64,000 bases of DNA from Candidatus Poseidoniaceae archaeon. GTDB taxonomy: Archaea > Thermoplasmatota > Poseidoniia > Poseidoniales > Poseidoniaceae. Shown here in pieces: positions 9,787 to 20,047 of the stretch. Made by a program: the position numbers and the translations under genes. The notes beneath the pieces were generated by a model, which ran no database searches, was not told the DNA's origin, and saw only the letters and a list, made by a program, of their open reading frames with translations. Location: assembly GCA_049616955.1 (NCBI GenBank), contig JBMZIJ010000002.1:25972-89971 (forward strand), read 5' to 3'. The first letter of the stretch is position 1, and every line of letters begins with the position of its first letter.

Positions 9787-12700
9787 TCACCACGCCTCTT
9801 TATTCTTCGAATCAACCACAAGAACGGCTTCAAGCACGTCGGGGTGATCGGCTTTCATTTTTCCAAGACCTAACCGTCTGGACATGGCTGAAGGGCCTCC
9901 GACAACGCCTATGCCTAATTTTTCCAACGTTATGAAAATGGCAGGCAAGAGAAGCAGGGCACTCGCTGCTGCAACCCATAGCAAGATGAGAATAACTGTC
10001 ACGAACGGTTTGATTTCGGGAATTGGAATTTGGTATGCAGTGAACATGCCTAACGAAGTTACAACGGCTGCTTCAAAGAGCGACATTCCAGTTCCAACAG
10101 CAGCTGAGCGAATGGCTTCGATTCCACCGCCCAACTCACGAATACGATTGGCAATGTGAATTGAGAAGTCAACACCAACGCCAACAAGAATCGAACCAAT
10201 CATGACCGTAACCAGCGATAACGGTACGTCCATTTGCCACATGACAAGCCATTGAAGTGCAACCGTAGCAATAACAGGTGATGTCGTGAGAAGCGAATAC
10301 CGAATATCTCTGAACACTACGGCCAAAACAATCAATGTGAGAACAATTGCGAATCCAAGCGATGTCCATTGGGAATCAACAATCAGTTTGTTGACCTCGA
10401 TTGCAGTTGCTGCGACCCCTGTCAATTTTTCTGCTCGTTCTTGGTGAGTTCCTTGGAATCCTTCAGAATATTCGTTGATTTGGTCAACAGCCACGGCAGT
10501 GTCGGCAACTGGAATAAATGGCATATCGATGTAAATCAAGGTTCGATCGTAATCGGAGTTAATGAAAATTTCACGCATCTCCTTGGTGAGGGATGAGTAA
10601 AACACATCCAGCAAGAAAATTTGGCTCTGCGTTGATCCTGGCAATCCAAACTCTTCTGGAGTGGTCAATAAATCCCAGAACGTAGCACCCTGTGTAACTT
10701 CAGTATCGAGCAAGACTTCGAACGTGTTTCGAACGTCCTCTGGTAACAATTCGTATCCAGGTAGTTCCTGAATCTGTGCGAGAATCGGTTGGCCTGATAG
10801 GGTTGGAGCAAGTCCTGTGGCTTTCATCAAGAAGACAACCGATACGGCTGAAGCGTTTTCAACTGTATTCAGATTGCGTTCCAGCCCATCGATAATCTTC
10901 AGATTTTGAGCCGGATCATCGTTGGTCGGATCGTTGTCCGTTACATCGCCTGAAACGTTTGCGTGAACGAGAACCATTCCGATTTGACCTGCATTGAATT
11001 CTTCACTGTATTGTTTCATCTTGATGACAGGTTGTTCACCTTCAGGTGCCATACCCAATAGGTCAATGTTCTCTTCAACATTGGATTGACCTATGGTTGC
11101 CGAGACAAGAACAAGGATGAGGAAGAATGCAATGACGCTTGTGTTCCGTTTGACTGGAACATCAACTGCAGCATCGAAGACTTTGAGTGGAGGGTGCTTG
11201 GGTTTCCGTAAATCGAGAATTAACGTCAGGTTGGGAACCATAAACATCGTCAAAATGTAAACAATAACGATTCCACCAGAGAGTGCAATACCGACGGTCT
11301 TAATCGGTGCCATAGGTGTGAAAATCAATGAAATAAATCCAATAACAGTCGTTATCGCTGACAGGAAGACCGCCCGACCTGTTGATTTCATCGATGCTTG
11401 CATCTTTTCGGTTCGACTACCTTCCTCTTCTGCATAACGGTTGGTAATGTGCAAACCGTACGATACACCCAGTGCGAGAAGAATTGGCCCAACGATAATG
11501 ACCGTCATTGTCACTTCATAGTTTGTAGCACCAATGATTCCAAGTGTCCAAAAGACTGCACAGAGAGTTGGAAGTCCGGCAATGATCACAACTTTGATTC
11601 CTTGGATAGGGCGGATACCTGAAATCCCTGCTTGAAGTAAATCGGAGTGGAATACGAATAAACCAATGGCGACAAGAACAACCGCCATCGGGAAGATTTC
11701 CCAAAACAAGCGGAAGGAAAACTCAGTTACAGAATTCGTAATTGGAACCGGGCCAGTCAGTGTCATTTTCAGCCCAAGGTCATCCCATGTACAACGATCG
11801 GCGCTGGCAGGGTTACCGTTCTGGTCGAATTCACAAGGGCGTTGTTCAACAGAGATGTTGTCCAAACGCTCTTGTGTTGCTTTGATGATGTCCTTTGCCT
11901 CGATTGTATCAACAACAGCAACAGCCATAATTGCACGATCGAGTTTGAAGTCTTCACCATCGAAACACCCGTTATCATCAGCGCCTTCTTCATTGGGCTG
12001 TCCGCTGCACGCATTCGTGTTTCTCGCTAACTTGTCCAGTCCAGGTGTTGGTGATCCATCGTTTTCGTACATTTCACCAATGATCAGATCGATGGTTGTC
12101 TGAGAGGGTATTTCGTACCCGCCAGCGAACTGTTCATCACCAGCAGACAGCGCTGAGTTCACGTTGGCAGCAAAATTCTCGCAGACTTCTTGGAACGATG
12201 GACATTGACGTCCAAGTTCAGTGATGAACGCATCTCGTACACGTGGAAGGCTGGAATTGATTTCTTTCAAGACCGTCGAAATGGATAGAATGTAAATGAC
12301 ATCATCACTTTCGTTGTCCGAAACGTATGGGTTGATGCTTTTCTCAACATAGCTAATTTCCTGAAGAATGCGCTGGTCAGTGATGTTGTTTTTATCGGAT
12401 TCTATGTAGATAACCATGACATTGGTCGTCCAATCTTCTTCAACCATTCCAATCAATTCCTTGACCTCGCTACCATCTGGCAGGTAAACTTCCATGTCTC
12501 CGTTGACATTCAAGGCAGGTTCGTTTGGATCATCATCAAACTGCGTATCATCGAGGAAACCCGAAGTGGTGACGAAATACAATGTGATCATCAGGAAGAG
12601 AGCAACAGTTGCGATAGGGAAGCGAGTGATGGCTCCTGTTGCACCAGTTTTTTGCCATTCTCGCTTCAACCGTTTTGGGGCATCAAGGACTGCATCAACA

Positions 12701-12849
12701 GCCTTACGAGCATCGAAGTCTCGAACTCTGGCAGAAATGTCAACAGATGCAACGCGAACGCGTTCTTTACTGTATTCAGCGATGGCCTGAATGCGTCCAA
12801 CATCACCCTCATCTGAAGAGGATGGCATTTCTTCGACGTCATCGGACAT
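9787..12849 (-). CDS. RND-superfamily / MMPL-type membrane transporter (12-TM, two repeated halves)
   Basis: Two TM bundles each followed by a large loop, with repeated motifs LGVSYGLHITNRYAEE and VGVDFSIHIANRIRE. ATG at 12849. Confidence 0.7.
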   Translation of the reverse strand: MSDDVEEMPSSSDEGDVGRIQAIAEYSKERVRVASVDISARVRDFDARKAVDAVLDAPKRLKREWQKTGATGAITRFPIATVALFLMITLYFVTTSGFLDDTQFDDDPNEPALNVNGDMEVYLPDGSEVKELIGMVEEDWTTNVMVIYIESDKNNITDQRILQEISYVEKSINPYVSDNESDDVIYILSISTVLKEINSSLPRVRDAFITELGRQCPSFQEVCENFAANVNSALSAGDEQFAGGYEIPSQTTIDLIIGEMYENDGSPTPGLDKLARNTNACSGQPNEEGADDNGCFDGEDFKLDRAIMAVAVVDTIEAKDIIKATQERLDNISVEQRPCEFDQNGNPASADRCTWDDLGLKMTLTGPVPITNSVTEFSFRLFWEIFPMAVVLVAIGLFVFHSDLLQAGISGIRPIQGIKVVIIAGLPTLCAVFWTLGIIGATNYEVTMTVIIVGPILLALGVSYGLHITNRYAEEEGSRTEKMQASMKSTGRAVFLSAITTVIGFISLIFTPMAPIKTVGIALSGGIVIVYILTMFMVPNLTLILDLRKPKHPPLKVFDAAVDVPVKRNTSVIAFFLILVLVSATIGQSNVEENIDLLGMAPEGEQPVIKMKQYSEEFNAGQIGMVLVHANVSGDVTDNDPTNDDPAQNLKIIDGLERNLNTVENASAVSVVFLMKATGLAPTLSGQPILAQIQELPGYELLPEDVRNTFEVLLDTEVTQGATFWDLLTTPEEFGLPGSTQSQIFLLDVFYSSLTKEMREIFINSDYDRTLIYIDMPFIPVADTAVAVDQINEYSEGFQGTHQERAEKLTGVAATAIEVNKLIVDSQWTSLGFAIVLTLIVLAVVFRDIRYSLLTTSPVIATVALQWLVMWQMDVPLSLVTVMIGSILVGVGVDFSIHIANRIRELGGGIEAIRSAAVGTGMSLFEAAVVTSLGMFTAYQIPIPEIKPFVTVILILLWVAAASALLLLPAIFITLEKLGIGVVGGPSAMSRRLGLGKMKADHPDVLEAVLVVDSKNKEAW

Positions 12850-12982
12850 ACGTGAACCCAACACGCCCTTGTGTCCTTCATTGAAAGTATTGCTGTCTCG
12901 TTGTGAGGGAACCGTTCAAAAAGACAAGAACACAGGGCGAGTCGGACCCCCCCGTTCACAGGGGGCAGGGCCGGTGTTTAGC

Positions 12983-15445
12983 ATGGCAACGCCTCGACTT
13001 CCAGAAAAACGATGGTCAATCGACCTTGAAAAGAAAATCCAAGAAGAACACTACGCTGATGAAGTTTCATATCAACATCGATATGGATTCAAACCTGACA
13101 GCGGCAAGCCAATTTTTGTCATCGATACACCACCACCATACCCATCGGGAACATGGCATATTGGTGCAGTAGCACAATATTCAATGATTGATGTACTCGC
13201 TCGTTCCCAACGTTTGTTGGGCAAGGAAGTTTACTTCCCTTGGGGTGTCGATCGAAATGGTATCAACATCGAATTTACTGTTGAGAAGAATACGAAGAGG
13301 AAGATGAAGACTTACGAGCGGGAAGAATTTCTCAATCTCTGCCGTGATACAATTGAAACCTTCACGCAAGCAATGCGGAAGACAGCTGCTCGAGTAGGAT
13401 TATCCTGCGATTTTGCAGCTGAATACCTCACGGATGCGCCCGATTATCGTTCTGTCACACAATCCATTTTCATCGAGTTGTTCAAGAAAGGCGACATTGT
13501 TGAGGATCTACGGCCAAACATCTACGATCCTGTCGAAGGGACAACCATTGCAGATGCTGAGGTCGAACGAATTGGACGAATGACCAAACTTGTTGATGTG
13601 CGTTGGAACACCGAGGATGGAGAAGAACTTGTCATTTCGACCACCCGGCCAGAATTAATCTGCGCTTGCGGCGTGGTTGTCGTTCATCCAGACGACAAAC
13701 GATACCAACATCTCGTAGGCAAGAAGGCCATCCTTCCCATGCCGGTTCATGGACGTGAACAATCGGTCGAAATTCAAACCCATCCTTCCGTCAAATCAGA
13801 ATTTGGTAGCGGTATTTTGATGGTGTGTTCTTTTGGTGATCAAAACGACGTTGCAGTCTTCAGAGAACTCGGCCTTACCCCATTCCAAGCCATTGATTTG
13901 AACGGATGTATGACCTCGATTGCAGGACCTCTTGAGGGCATGGCTGTTCTCGATGCCCGAGCCAAAGCGATTGAGATGTTGGAAAGCGACGGCAACATCG
14001 TCTCAATCGAAGAGCGTCAACAAGAAGTTCCAGTATCTGAACGAGGGAAGAATCCTGTTGAAATCATTCTCCTCAAAGAGTGGTATGTACGTCAAACCCA
14101 TATCCAAGACAAGATGCTTGAGTTGATTGAGGACATTGAATTTCATCCCCCAAGGAACCGTCAATTCCTATTGGATTGGATGGAAAACATCAGTATTGAT
14201 TGGCCAATTTCACGACGCAGATGGTATCACACAGAAATTCCAATTTGGTATTCTGAAGATGAGGAATTCATCATCGTTCCACCATCCGGCCAGTATGTTC
14301 AACCATGGAAAGATGCTCCTCCAGAAGGGTCACGAGTTCTTCGACGGGACACTCGTGAAGATGTAGGATCCTTCACGGATCTTTCAAGCAGCCTTGGAGA
14401 AATTCGTGGTGAAGAAAAGGTGTTCGATACATGGATGGACTCCTCAAACTCCAATCTCTTTGTCAGTGGCTATCTCAATCAACCTGATGTGTTTGAGAAA
14501 GCCTTCCCAACTGCACTGCGTCCTCAAGGAAAGGAAATTGTGCGAACGTGGCTTTACTACACGCTCCTCAAGTCTGCACTTTTATTGGAACAGCCTGGTT
14601 TCAAGCACGTTTGGATCGATGGATTAGGAATGGATCCATGGGGTCGAAAAATGTCAAAGTCACTCGGCAATGGTATCGATGCTGACAGCGTCTTGGAATG
14701 CGGTGCAGGTGGCCGAACCGGTTCATGGAAGGTGCGAGGTCCTGATGGTTCTGTTAGTCTCAAAGCGAACAAGATTGGAAGTGAATGTTTCCGCTTATGG
14801 AAAGCATGTGAGGCACAAGTTGGTGACGATTTCCACATTAACCCTGAAGAAATTGAATCGAAGTACTTTGGAGTCCTGACGAAAATTTTCAACGTTGCCC
14901 GCTTTGCGAGTCAATTTGATGCCCCTGAACAAGAACCAACAACTCCATATCCAATTGAAGATCAATGGATTCAATCAGAATTTGCATCCATGATGAAAAC
15001 GGTCGAGGATGCATGGACAAACCTTGACATCTACACTGCAACACAAGCGCTCAAAACGTTTGGAACTGGTATTTTGCCATCGCATTGGCTTGAAATGGCA
15101 AAATCAAGACTGTACGATGGAGATCAACATGCTGCCTGGACAATCCATAGCATCTTGCGTCACTTCCTCGCAGCATTCAGTCCCGTCTGTCCATTTTTCT
15201 GTCACCATATCTCGATGACCCTCTACGGTGAAAGCGCTGTCGATGTGGATGCCTTCCCAGAACTTCCACCTGTTCAAGAAAATTTGAATTCCAAGACATC
15301 TGAGATTGAAGCGTTCAACAGCGAAGTTTGGAAGACAAAGAAAGAGAATGGGTTATCACTCAACGCAGAAATTGAGGGTATTGAAATCCCAGACGTTTTG
15401 GAAGATTTCCGTGGAACGTTAACCCGGATGCACAAGTTACTCTGA
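12983..15445 (+). CDS. valS: Class I aminoacyl-tRNA synthetase of the Val/Ile/Leu subfamily, most consistent with valyl-tRNA synthetase
   Basis: PPPYPSGTWHIGAVA (HIGH-region), editing-domain TTRPE…VVVHPDDKRYQHLVGK, WPISRRRWYHTEIPIWY, KMSKSLGNGID. Start set to the ATG at 12983, because the upstream in-frame extension would overlap the divergent RND gene. Confidence 0.7.
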   Translation: MATPRLPEKRWSIDLEKKIQEEHYADEVSYQHRYGFKPDSGKPIFVIDTPPPYPSGTWHIGAVAQYSMIDVLARSQRLLGKEVYFPWGVDRNGINIEFTVEKNTKRKMKTYEREEFLNLCRDTIETFTQAMRKTAARVGLSCDFAAEYLTDAPDYRSVTQSIFIELFKKGDIVEDLRPNIYDPVEGTTIADAEVERIGRMTKLVDVRWNTEDGEELVISTTRPELICACGVVVVHPDDKRYQHLVGKKAILPMPVHGREQSVEIQTHPSVKSEFGSGILMVCSFGDQNDVAVFRELGLTPFQAIDLNGCMTSIAGPLEGMAVLDARAKAIEMLESDGNIVSIEERQQEVPVSERGKNPVEIILLKEWYVRQTHIQDKMLELIEDIEFHPPRNRQFLLDWMENISIDWPISRRRWYHTEIPIWYSEDEEFIIVPPSGQYVQPWKDAPPEGSRVLRRDTREDVGSFTDLSSSLGEIRGEEKVFDTWMDSSNSNLFVSGYLNQPDVFEKAFPTALRPQGKEIVRTWLYYTLLKSALLLEQPGFKHVWIDGLGMDPWGRKMSKSLGNGIDADSVLECGAGGRTGSWKVRGPDGSVSLKANKIGSECFRLWKACEAQVGDDFHINPEEIESKYFGVLTKIFNVARFASQFDAPEQEPTTPYPIEDQWIQSEFASMMKTVEDAWTNLDIYTATQALKTFGTGILPSHWLEMAKSRLYDGDQHAAWTIHSILRHFLAAFSPVCPFFCHHISMTLYGESAVDVDAFPELPPVQENLNSKTSEIEAFNSEVWKTKKENGLSLNAEIEGIEIPDVLEDFRGTLTRMHKLL

Positions 15446-16585
15446 TTCCTCGTCAAATTTCAACGTCGTCTGACGTGAATCCAATTCTTCGAGTTGGCCA
15501 AGTCGAAAACCAATAAGACGAATCTTCTCGTCTTGATGTACGTTTTCAGCAAACAGTCGACGTACTTGTCGCAAGAAAACATCCGTGTCGTCCATAGCAA
15601 CAGGTATTGAACGACCATGAGTATGCGTTTCAAATCCAGTGTAACGAATTTTTACTTCTGCAAGTCGACCAGCAATACCTTCTACTCGAGCTTTCTCCAA
15701 GACGCCCTCTGTCAATTGCTCCAATAAGCCGAGTACATGTTCGTGGTCACTTTGATCCGTGGAAAACGTTCGCTCTTTGCCAATTGAACGACGAGATCTC
15801 AATGGACTCACTTCGCTTGATGTTGAACCTTCAACCACCCGAATCAACCAGGAAGAAAACCTACGTGATGTCATTCGAGAAAGTGCAAGTTCGCCCAAAT
15901 TCACCGCCTCATCCATGGTATTAATTCCCCATTCTGCGAGTACGTTGGCTGTCTTTGGACCAATTCCTGGTACTTCACGGACGGAACGTTGGTCAAAAAA
16001 TTCAGAGATCTCATCCGGTAGAACTCGGTGAATACCATTCGGTTTGTTGACTTCTGAAGACATCTTGGCGATAATTCGTGTAGGCCCGATTCCAAAGGAT
16101 GCGGTCAGACCGACTTTTTCGTAAATCATTCGTTGGAGTCTGCGTGCAAGAGCCATCGCTTCATCCCAATCATGTTCGACAGACTCTGTCACATCGAGAT
16201 ACGCTTCATCGATACTCGCCTGTTCAAACTTATCTGAATCGTGGCGCAATATCTTCATCACTCGACGAGATGCCATGGAATACAACGATCGCGTGCCTCG
16301 AATGAATCGAGCGGGGCCAAATGGATGCCCAGGACAACGTCGCCAAGCTTCGGAAATTGGCATAGCAGAGCGAACACCATACTTTCGCGCTGCATAGTTG
16401 CAGGTTGACACAATACCACGTCCTCGTCCTTGCATGGGATCTGAACCAATGATCAGTGGTTCATCCTCAGGAAACCCATGGTGAAGAATCTCGACCGATG
16501 CAAAAAAGGCATCAAGGTCGCAATGGATGAGAATCCGTTCTGCACGCACACATGGATACACTTGGCGACAGTGTTTGAAATTCAT
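15437..16585 (-). CDS. dinB: Y-family DNA polymerase IV (Dpo4/DinB)
   Basis: ILIHCDLDAFFASVE and SIDEAYLDVT catalytic motifs. 382 aa. Confidence 0.8.
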   Translation of the reverse strand: MNFKHCRQVYPCVRAERILIHCDLDAFFASVEILHHGFPEDEPLIIGSDPMQGRGRGIVSTCNYAARKYGVRSAMPISEAWRRCPGHPFGPARFIRGTRSLYSMASRRVMKILRHDSDKFEQASIDEAYLDVTESVEHDWDEAMALARRLQRMIYEKVGLTASFGIGPTRIIAKMSSEVNKPNGIHRVLPDEISEFFDQRSVREVPGIGPKTANVLAEWGINTMDEAVNLGELALSRMTSRRFSSWLIRVVEGSTSSEVSPLRSRRSIGKERTFSTDQSDHEHVLGLLEQLTEGVLEKARVEGIAGRLAEVKIRYTGFETHTHGRSIPVAMDDTDVFLRQVRRLFAENVHQDEKIRLIGFRLGQLEELDSRQTTLKFDEESE

Positions 16586-16637
16586 CCTTCACTTTTCCAT
16601 TACCCTCTGCAAAAACACTGAGGTTTGATTTCAGTGA

Positions 16638-17333
16638 TTGGCAATACTTGGTGAGACAATGCTTCCAGCACAACGACAACGTGATGAATTACGGATCCCA
16701 TCGACTGGAATCACGCTTCTTGAAGGTCCTGGGTATTTTGGAAAGGATGTACGCCATGTGGTTCAGCATTGGACTGCTGTTCTTCTTTCACAAGGACACG
16801 CTGTTCATTGGATTGATGGGGGGCATCGATTTGATCCAAGCGGTTTCTTTCCTGCGATGCGTTCGCTAAATTGTCATATCGAAGATGGTTTACGGCGTTT
16901 GTACATTGGAAGGGGTTTCACGTTGCATCAACTGCACGCACTCATTTCGAGAGTGCAACATGAAGCGGCATTAACACATGCATCAATGATTGTCATCGAT
17001 GGTATGCTGACGATGTTTCTTGACGAACAAATCAAACGATTTGAATCACGTTCCATCCTACGTCACTGTATGGATTCGCTTCAAAAATTGGGGCATCGTT
17101 GTCCCATTGTCCTTCTTGATGGGAAGACCAAATCGTCCCTGCATCAACAACTGAAGCATACGATGAGACCCTACCTCAATCAGCGATTGAAGGGTCAGTG
17201 GGACGGCCAAAGAAAGACTGTACTTCGTTTCACAAACACGACAAATGAGGATCAAATACTGATTGAACGTCCGAAAATCACAACTGAACAACATCAATTG
17301 ACTGACTTTACATCCACCGATTCAAGCGAATAA
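16638..17333 (+). CDS. RecA-superfamily (RadB-like) protein with a non-canonical Walker A
   Basis: IPSTGITLLEGPGYFGKD resembles the RadB P-loop GPxxSGKT but ends in KD. WIDGGHRFDPS and Walker-B-like MIVIDGM are also present. Confidence 0.45.
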   Translation: MAILGETMLPAQRQRDELRIPSTGITLLEGPGYFGKDVRHVVQHWTAVLLSQGHAVHWIDGGHRFDPSGFFPAMRSLNCHIEDGLRRLYIGRGFTLHQLHALISRVQHEAALTHASMIVIDGMLTMFLDEQIKRFESRSILRHCMDSLQKLGHRCPIVLLDGKTKSSLHQQLKHTMRPYLNQRLKGQWDGQRKTVLRFTNTTNEDQILIERPKITTEQHQLTDFTSTDSSE

Positions 17334-19704
17334 ACGACGGTTGGAGGAGTTCATCTTCAGACCAGCCGAACGGAGCCAAAATCGACCATATTGCACGTAC
17401 AGCCAGGCGCCGATAATGATCAACATCGATGCGTCGAATTGGCTGTTCCATTTGCTCACATTCCCGTGCAAGAACGACGCGGTGCAAGGGATTAGCAGGA
17501 TCTTTTTCACAAACAACAAAACGGACTTTTGAGGCCAATTCAAGCGGATACCCAAGAGATTCTGAACGCTGGTAGGCCAACATTGCAACGGTTTGCGCAC
17601 CATTCTGCGATGGCTTTCTTGAGATTCGTTGTGCGATGAGCAACTCCTTTGGAAGCAGTTGGTGCTGTTCAAGACGTTTCACTTCATCGATCAGCAGACG
17701 TTGAACTTGACATTGAACACGATGATGCGGGATTCCATCGACCAAATCATCCGAATCAGCAAGAAGTTGAAGAGCCCGAGATTGCAATTGAGCAATCCAT
17801 GGACATGTCGAATGTTGGCGTAATTCAAGGCCTCGAATCTTCATCCCCTTCTCCCCGTAAGCCCAATACTTGGTAAGAGAACCACCGCTGTGCATTCGGC
17901 TTGGAAGAAATGCAATGCAGCGGTACGTTGCTTCATATTCAAGAGGAATTCCAGTCATCTCGTGGACATGTTTTGACAGGTTCATGGCGGATTGGTGTTG
18001 TTCTTCGTGTGTACGCCCTTTGAGGTCTCGAATCCAAATCGAATCAACGATGGCGTGCAACACTTCCCACCCATGCTCTTGCGCAGAATCGATGGTTTGC
18101 AAAAGGAGCTCACGTGCCCAAGCACAAATGGCTTCATGCGCTTCAATACGGCCAAAACGAGCATTGCGATAACCGGTGTAACCAAAGCAGGTGACGAGGA
18201 GCCATTTGAGGGCGTTTTGCTGGCGATCGGCTGCGTCTCCTTTGACAACAATCTGTTGCTTTAGACGCCGGCGACGTTCAATGAGAGGTGCAACGACACG
18301 CCCGAGAAATCCATGCCGACGGCCACACGTATGGGTCATCAATTCAGGAACCTGAAACGCCGTTGAACATCGTTGAGGAAACGCAAGACTCGCTGATTTC
18401 CATTGCTGATTCTGAAATTGAAACCGTTTCTTGGCTTCATCGGGATGAAGTGGGAGTGGTACAGTGTTTTCAGTTGGTTGGCAACAACTGCAATTCAATG
18501 TTTCTGGAGAGATGTTGCGCGTTGCAATAATGCTTGGAAAAAGACTCGCGAAATCAAGTTCAATCACATTCGCATAGACGCCAGGGCGACTATCGAGATA
18601 GAGTCCACCTCGGTCGGATTGCAACAAATCCCATGCAGATTTTGTGTCCTCAGGACGCGTCTTTTTCCACGGGACAAGTACACCATCCTCCATCGCAACT
18701 CTGTATTGTATCGCACTGATGACCGAGCCCGGCGACTTTCGCGCTGCATCACTGATTCGCGTAGCAGAAACCTGAGCGAGTTCATACAAACCATCGAGAC
18801 CACCCTCTCGAAACATGAAACTGGAAGAGAGATCGATATGGATACGACCTTCAAGAGGAAATTGAGGGTCGCTTCGCAAAACTTGGCCATAGGATGACAG
18901 AATTCGACTTCGACCAACTTGTCGTAACGGTGTTTGATTACGTCCAAGACAGATGGTTGCATGTTTAGCCTCAAGATACGAGAGCAAGTGTGGAAACCCT
19001 TCGGTATTACCACGCACAGATAACACAAGATCGGGATCGTATTCACGAAACCATCGTTCCAATTGCTGAATCTGTTCGGGTACATTCAGCCCAAATGTCA
19101 CCTGAGAACCGGTCATGTTGCCCGATGTATCGCATGGAGTGACCCGAACATACGTTGGCTGCCGACATAATGTTCGACCTTGACCAACATCATTGAGATG
19201 TATCTCAATCTGACAACAACGCCAATCACGTCGATGAACATCATTGTCCAAGAGGCTCAACTTGTTTTGATCGAGGCATACAGCAGAACCAATGGTCAAT
19301 CGCTTGGAAGTGAGATACTGTTGTTCGGCTCGAACATCAACAGAATAAAGCGTGAACCGGACATGCTCACCTCGTGCATCGATGTGTTCTGCGAGAGAGC
19401 GTAATGTTGCACATGAATCAAGGGTAAGAGCAAGCATACGTTCCATATCTTGAGAGCCCAATTCTGGGCGTTTCATTTCAAAGGCGTAACCCTGCAAACC
19501 GTAGCGAATCCGAAGTTCCGGTTGCCACAACCAGTCAGCCAAATTTCGAAGATCGGATGGATCACCAGCCACGTGAACAACAGGGTGCCAAGGTTCGCGA
19601 AATGAGACCACAGTACCTTCTTCGGTCACAATCCATACAATCAATTCACGTTGAGCAGAGCAAAGATGAACATCCAAAATCCATCCTTCAATCGCTTTCA
19701 TCAT
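17308..19704 (-). CDS. polB: Family B DNA polymerase homologue (divergent at canonical exo/pol motifs)
   Basis: Motif A DFASLFPSII is conserved. Motif B reads KWLLVTCFGYTGY instead of Kx3NSxYG, and the motif C region reads HAIVDS instead of YGDTDS. No FDIET-type Exo I motif was found. ATGATG start at 19704. Confidence 0.75.
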   Translation of the reverse strand: MMKAIEGWILDVHLCSAQRELIVWIVTEEGTVVSFREPWHPVVHVAGDPSDLRNLADWLWQPELRIRYGLQGYAFEMKRPELGSQDMERMLALTLDSCATLRSLAEHIDARGEHVRFTLYSVDVRAEQQYLTSKRLTIGSAVCLDQNKLSLLDNDVHRRDWRCCQIEIHLNDVGQGRTLCRQPTYVRVTPCDTSGNMTGSQVTFGLNVPEQIQQLERWFREYDPDLVLSVRGNTEGFPHLLSYLEAKHATICLGRNQTPLRQVGRSRILSSYGQVLRSDPQFPLEGRIHIDLSSSFMFREGGLDGLYELAQVSATRISDAARKSPGSVISAIQYRVAMEDGVLVPWKKTRPEDTKSAWDLLQSDRGGLYLDSRPGVYANVIELDFASLFPSIIATRNISPETLNCSCCQPTENTVPLPLHPDEAKKRFQFQNQQWKSASLAFPQRCSTAFQVPELMTHTCGRRHGFLGRVVAPLIERRRRLKQQIVVKGDAADRQQNALKWLLVTCFGYTGYRNARFGRIEAHEAICAWARELLLQTIDSAQEHGWEVLHAIVDSIWIRDLKGRTHEEQHQSAMNLSKHVHEMTGIPLEYEATYRCIAFLPSRMHSGGSLTKYWAYGEKGMKIRGLELRQHSTCPWIAQLQSRALQLLADSDDLVDGIPHHRVQCQVQRLLIDEVKRLEQHQLLPKELLIAQRISRKPSQNGAQTVAMLAYQRSESLGYPLELASKVRFVVCEKDPANPLHRVVLARECEQMEQPIRRIDVDHYRRLAVRAIWSILAPFGWSEDELLQPSFIRLNRWM

Positions 19705-20047
19705 CAGCTTCACCCGACGCAAGAATCTGTTCCTCAAGAGACGCGATGTGCTGCTCAAGAAGTTGAATCCTCTCGTGAGCGCCAAGAAGCATTGACAAGA
19801 GCATCGGCTTCCATGCTTCGTGAGCGGGAAGCATCCCCCCTGCTGCTCGACGCATGCGCACGTCATGGAGCATGCTATCAAATCGGCAACGATCTTCTTC
19901 TGAGAGCGCTCGCCGGTACGGAACGAGTACCTCGATTTCTTGCTCTACACGCCCTCGCCAGGTCGGTACAGTACGTCCCATAAACCCTGAACAACGAACC
20001 ATAGGGAAGCGTTGTGAGAACCCCTCCTGAAAAGTGAAAATGGTCAA
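19688..20047 (-). CDS. Hypothetical protein with C-terminal coiled coil (119 aa)
   Basis: ORF bridging serA and polB with short overlaps at both ends. C-terminal heptad-like sequence LEQHIASLEEQILAS. Confidence 0.35.
   Translation of the reverse strand: MTIFTFQEGFSQRFPMVRCSGFMGRTVPTWRGRVEQEIEVLVPYRRALSEEDRCRFDSMLHDVRMRRAAGGMLPAHEAWKPMLLSMLLGAHERIQLLEQHIASLEEQILASGEADDESD

Noticed and set aside
16638-17333. Calling the RadB-like gene a bona fide RadB/KaiC recombinase
   Set aside because: Walker A is non-canonical (GKD) and overall similarity is only motif-level. It is kept as 'RecA-superfamily, RadB-like' pending profile search.
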